Source: a virus. Taken from it: a DNA stretch of 64,000 nucleotides. Position 1 is the stretch's first letter. Every line of letters begins with the position of its first letter. Positions 63,988 through 64,000 of this stretch are shown piece after piece. The stretch spans positions 8,555 through 72,554 of IMG/VR virus record IMGVR_UViG_3300020204_000022, one strand, 5' to 3'. Made by a program: the position numbers and the translations under genes. Below the pieces are notes generated by a model, which saw only the letters and a program-made list of their open reading frames with translations, had not been told where the DNA came from and made no database searches.

Positions 63988-64000
63988 ATACAAATAAAAT

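Noticed and set aside
1-64000. Eukaryotic giant-virus origin (suggested by eukaryote-like RNR, MBD4-like glycosylase, AK1-like kinase, GT2-TPR, MGCGC N-termini)
   Set aside because: Tail-fibre, gp19-like, gp32-like and gp61-like genes, several textbook rho-independent terminators, operon-style overlapping start/stop codons and Bacteroidota-type domains all fit a bacteriophage better.

Overview
AT-rich, densely packed window, mostly + strand, that reads as part of a large T4-like tailed phage genome. It is not cellular DNA. There is no integrase, transposase or CRISPR array.

Layout:
- 1-18 kb: tail and tail-fibre structural genes. These include collagen-like fibres, a gp19-like tube-family protein, and a 1643-aa LamG/PT-linker/FISUMP adhesin.
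- 18-24.5 kb: replication and recombination. RuvC-like resolvase, gp32-like SSB, Zn-finger/Toprim primase, SF2 helicase.
- 24.5-36 kb: accessory genes. Pol-beta nucleotidyltransferase, a ligase-NMNAT fusion, an Hc1-type histone-like ORF absent from the ORF track, repeat proteins, a PG-binding protein, hsp20.
- 36-43.8 kb: nucleotide metabolism. MBD4-like glycosylase, only the N-terminal half of a family-B DNA polymerase, a dimeric-dUTPase-like gene, nrdB, nrdA split by an intein-like element, adenylate kinase.
- 44-54.8 kb: accessory genes. GT2-TPR, thioesterase, two LRR paralogs, radical-SAM plus Prim-Pol, two 550-aa tandem paralogs.
- 54.9-59.2 kb: minus-strand operon with a Clp/Hsp100 ATPase and an M78-type peptidase.
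- 59.8-64 kb: carbamoyltransferase, two tRNAs (Ser-UGA, Gly-UCC), cupin, FkbM methyltransferase.

A Bacteroidota (Flavobacteriia-like) host is suggested by the FISUMP domain, the Hc1-like and DUF4494-like ORFs, intrinsic terminators, and A-rich leaders without Shine-Dalgarno sequences.

Most interesting signals:
1. At least 16 unrelated proteins share an N-terminal leader (F-x-x-F-x-x-[IL]-N-E). It resembles the T4 capsid-targeting sequence and its [LI]-x-E protease site, and could mark a large packaged-protein repertoire.
2. An intergenic RAWATATA motif sits upstream of about 20 genes and looks like a late promoter.
3. nrdA is in two pieces joined by split-intein-like halves, with Gly at the +1 position.
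4. The polB fragment is followed by a possible GIY-YIG remnant.
5. hsp20 has operator palindromes and an AU-rich start-codon hairpin.
6. A perfect 16-bp inverted repeat brackets one small gene.

All functional calls rest on motifs read by eye. No database search or computation was run.
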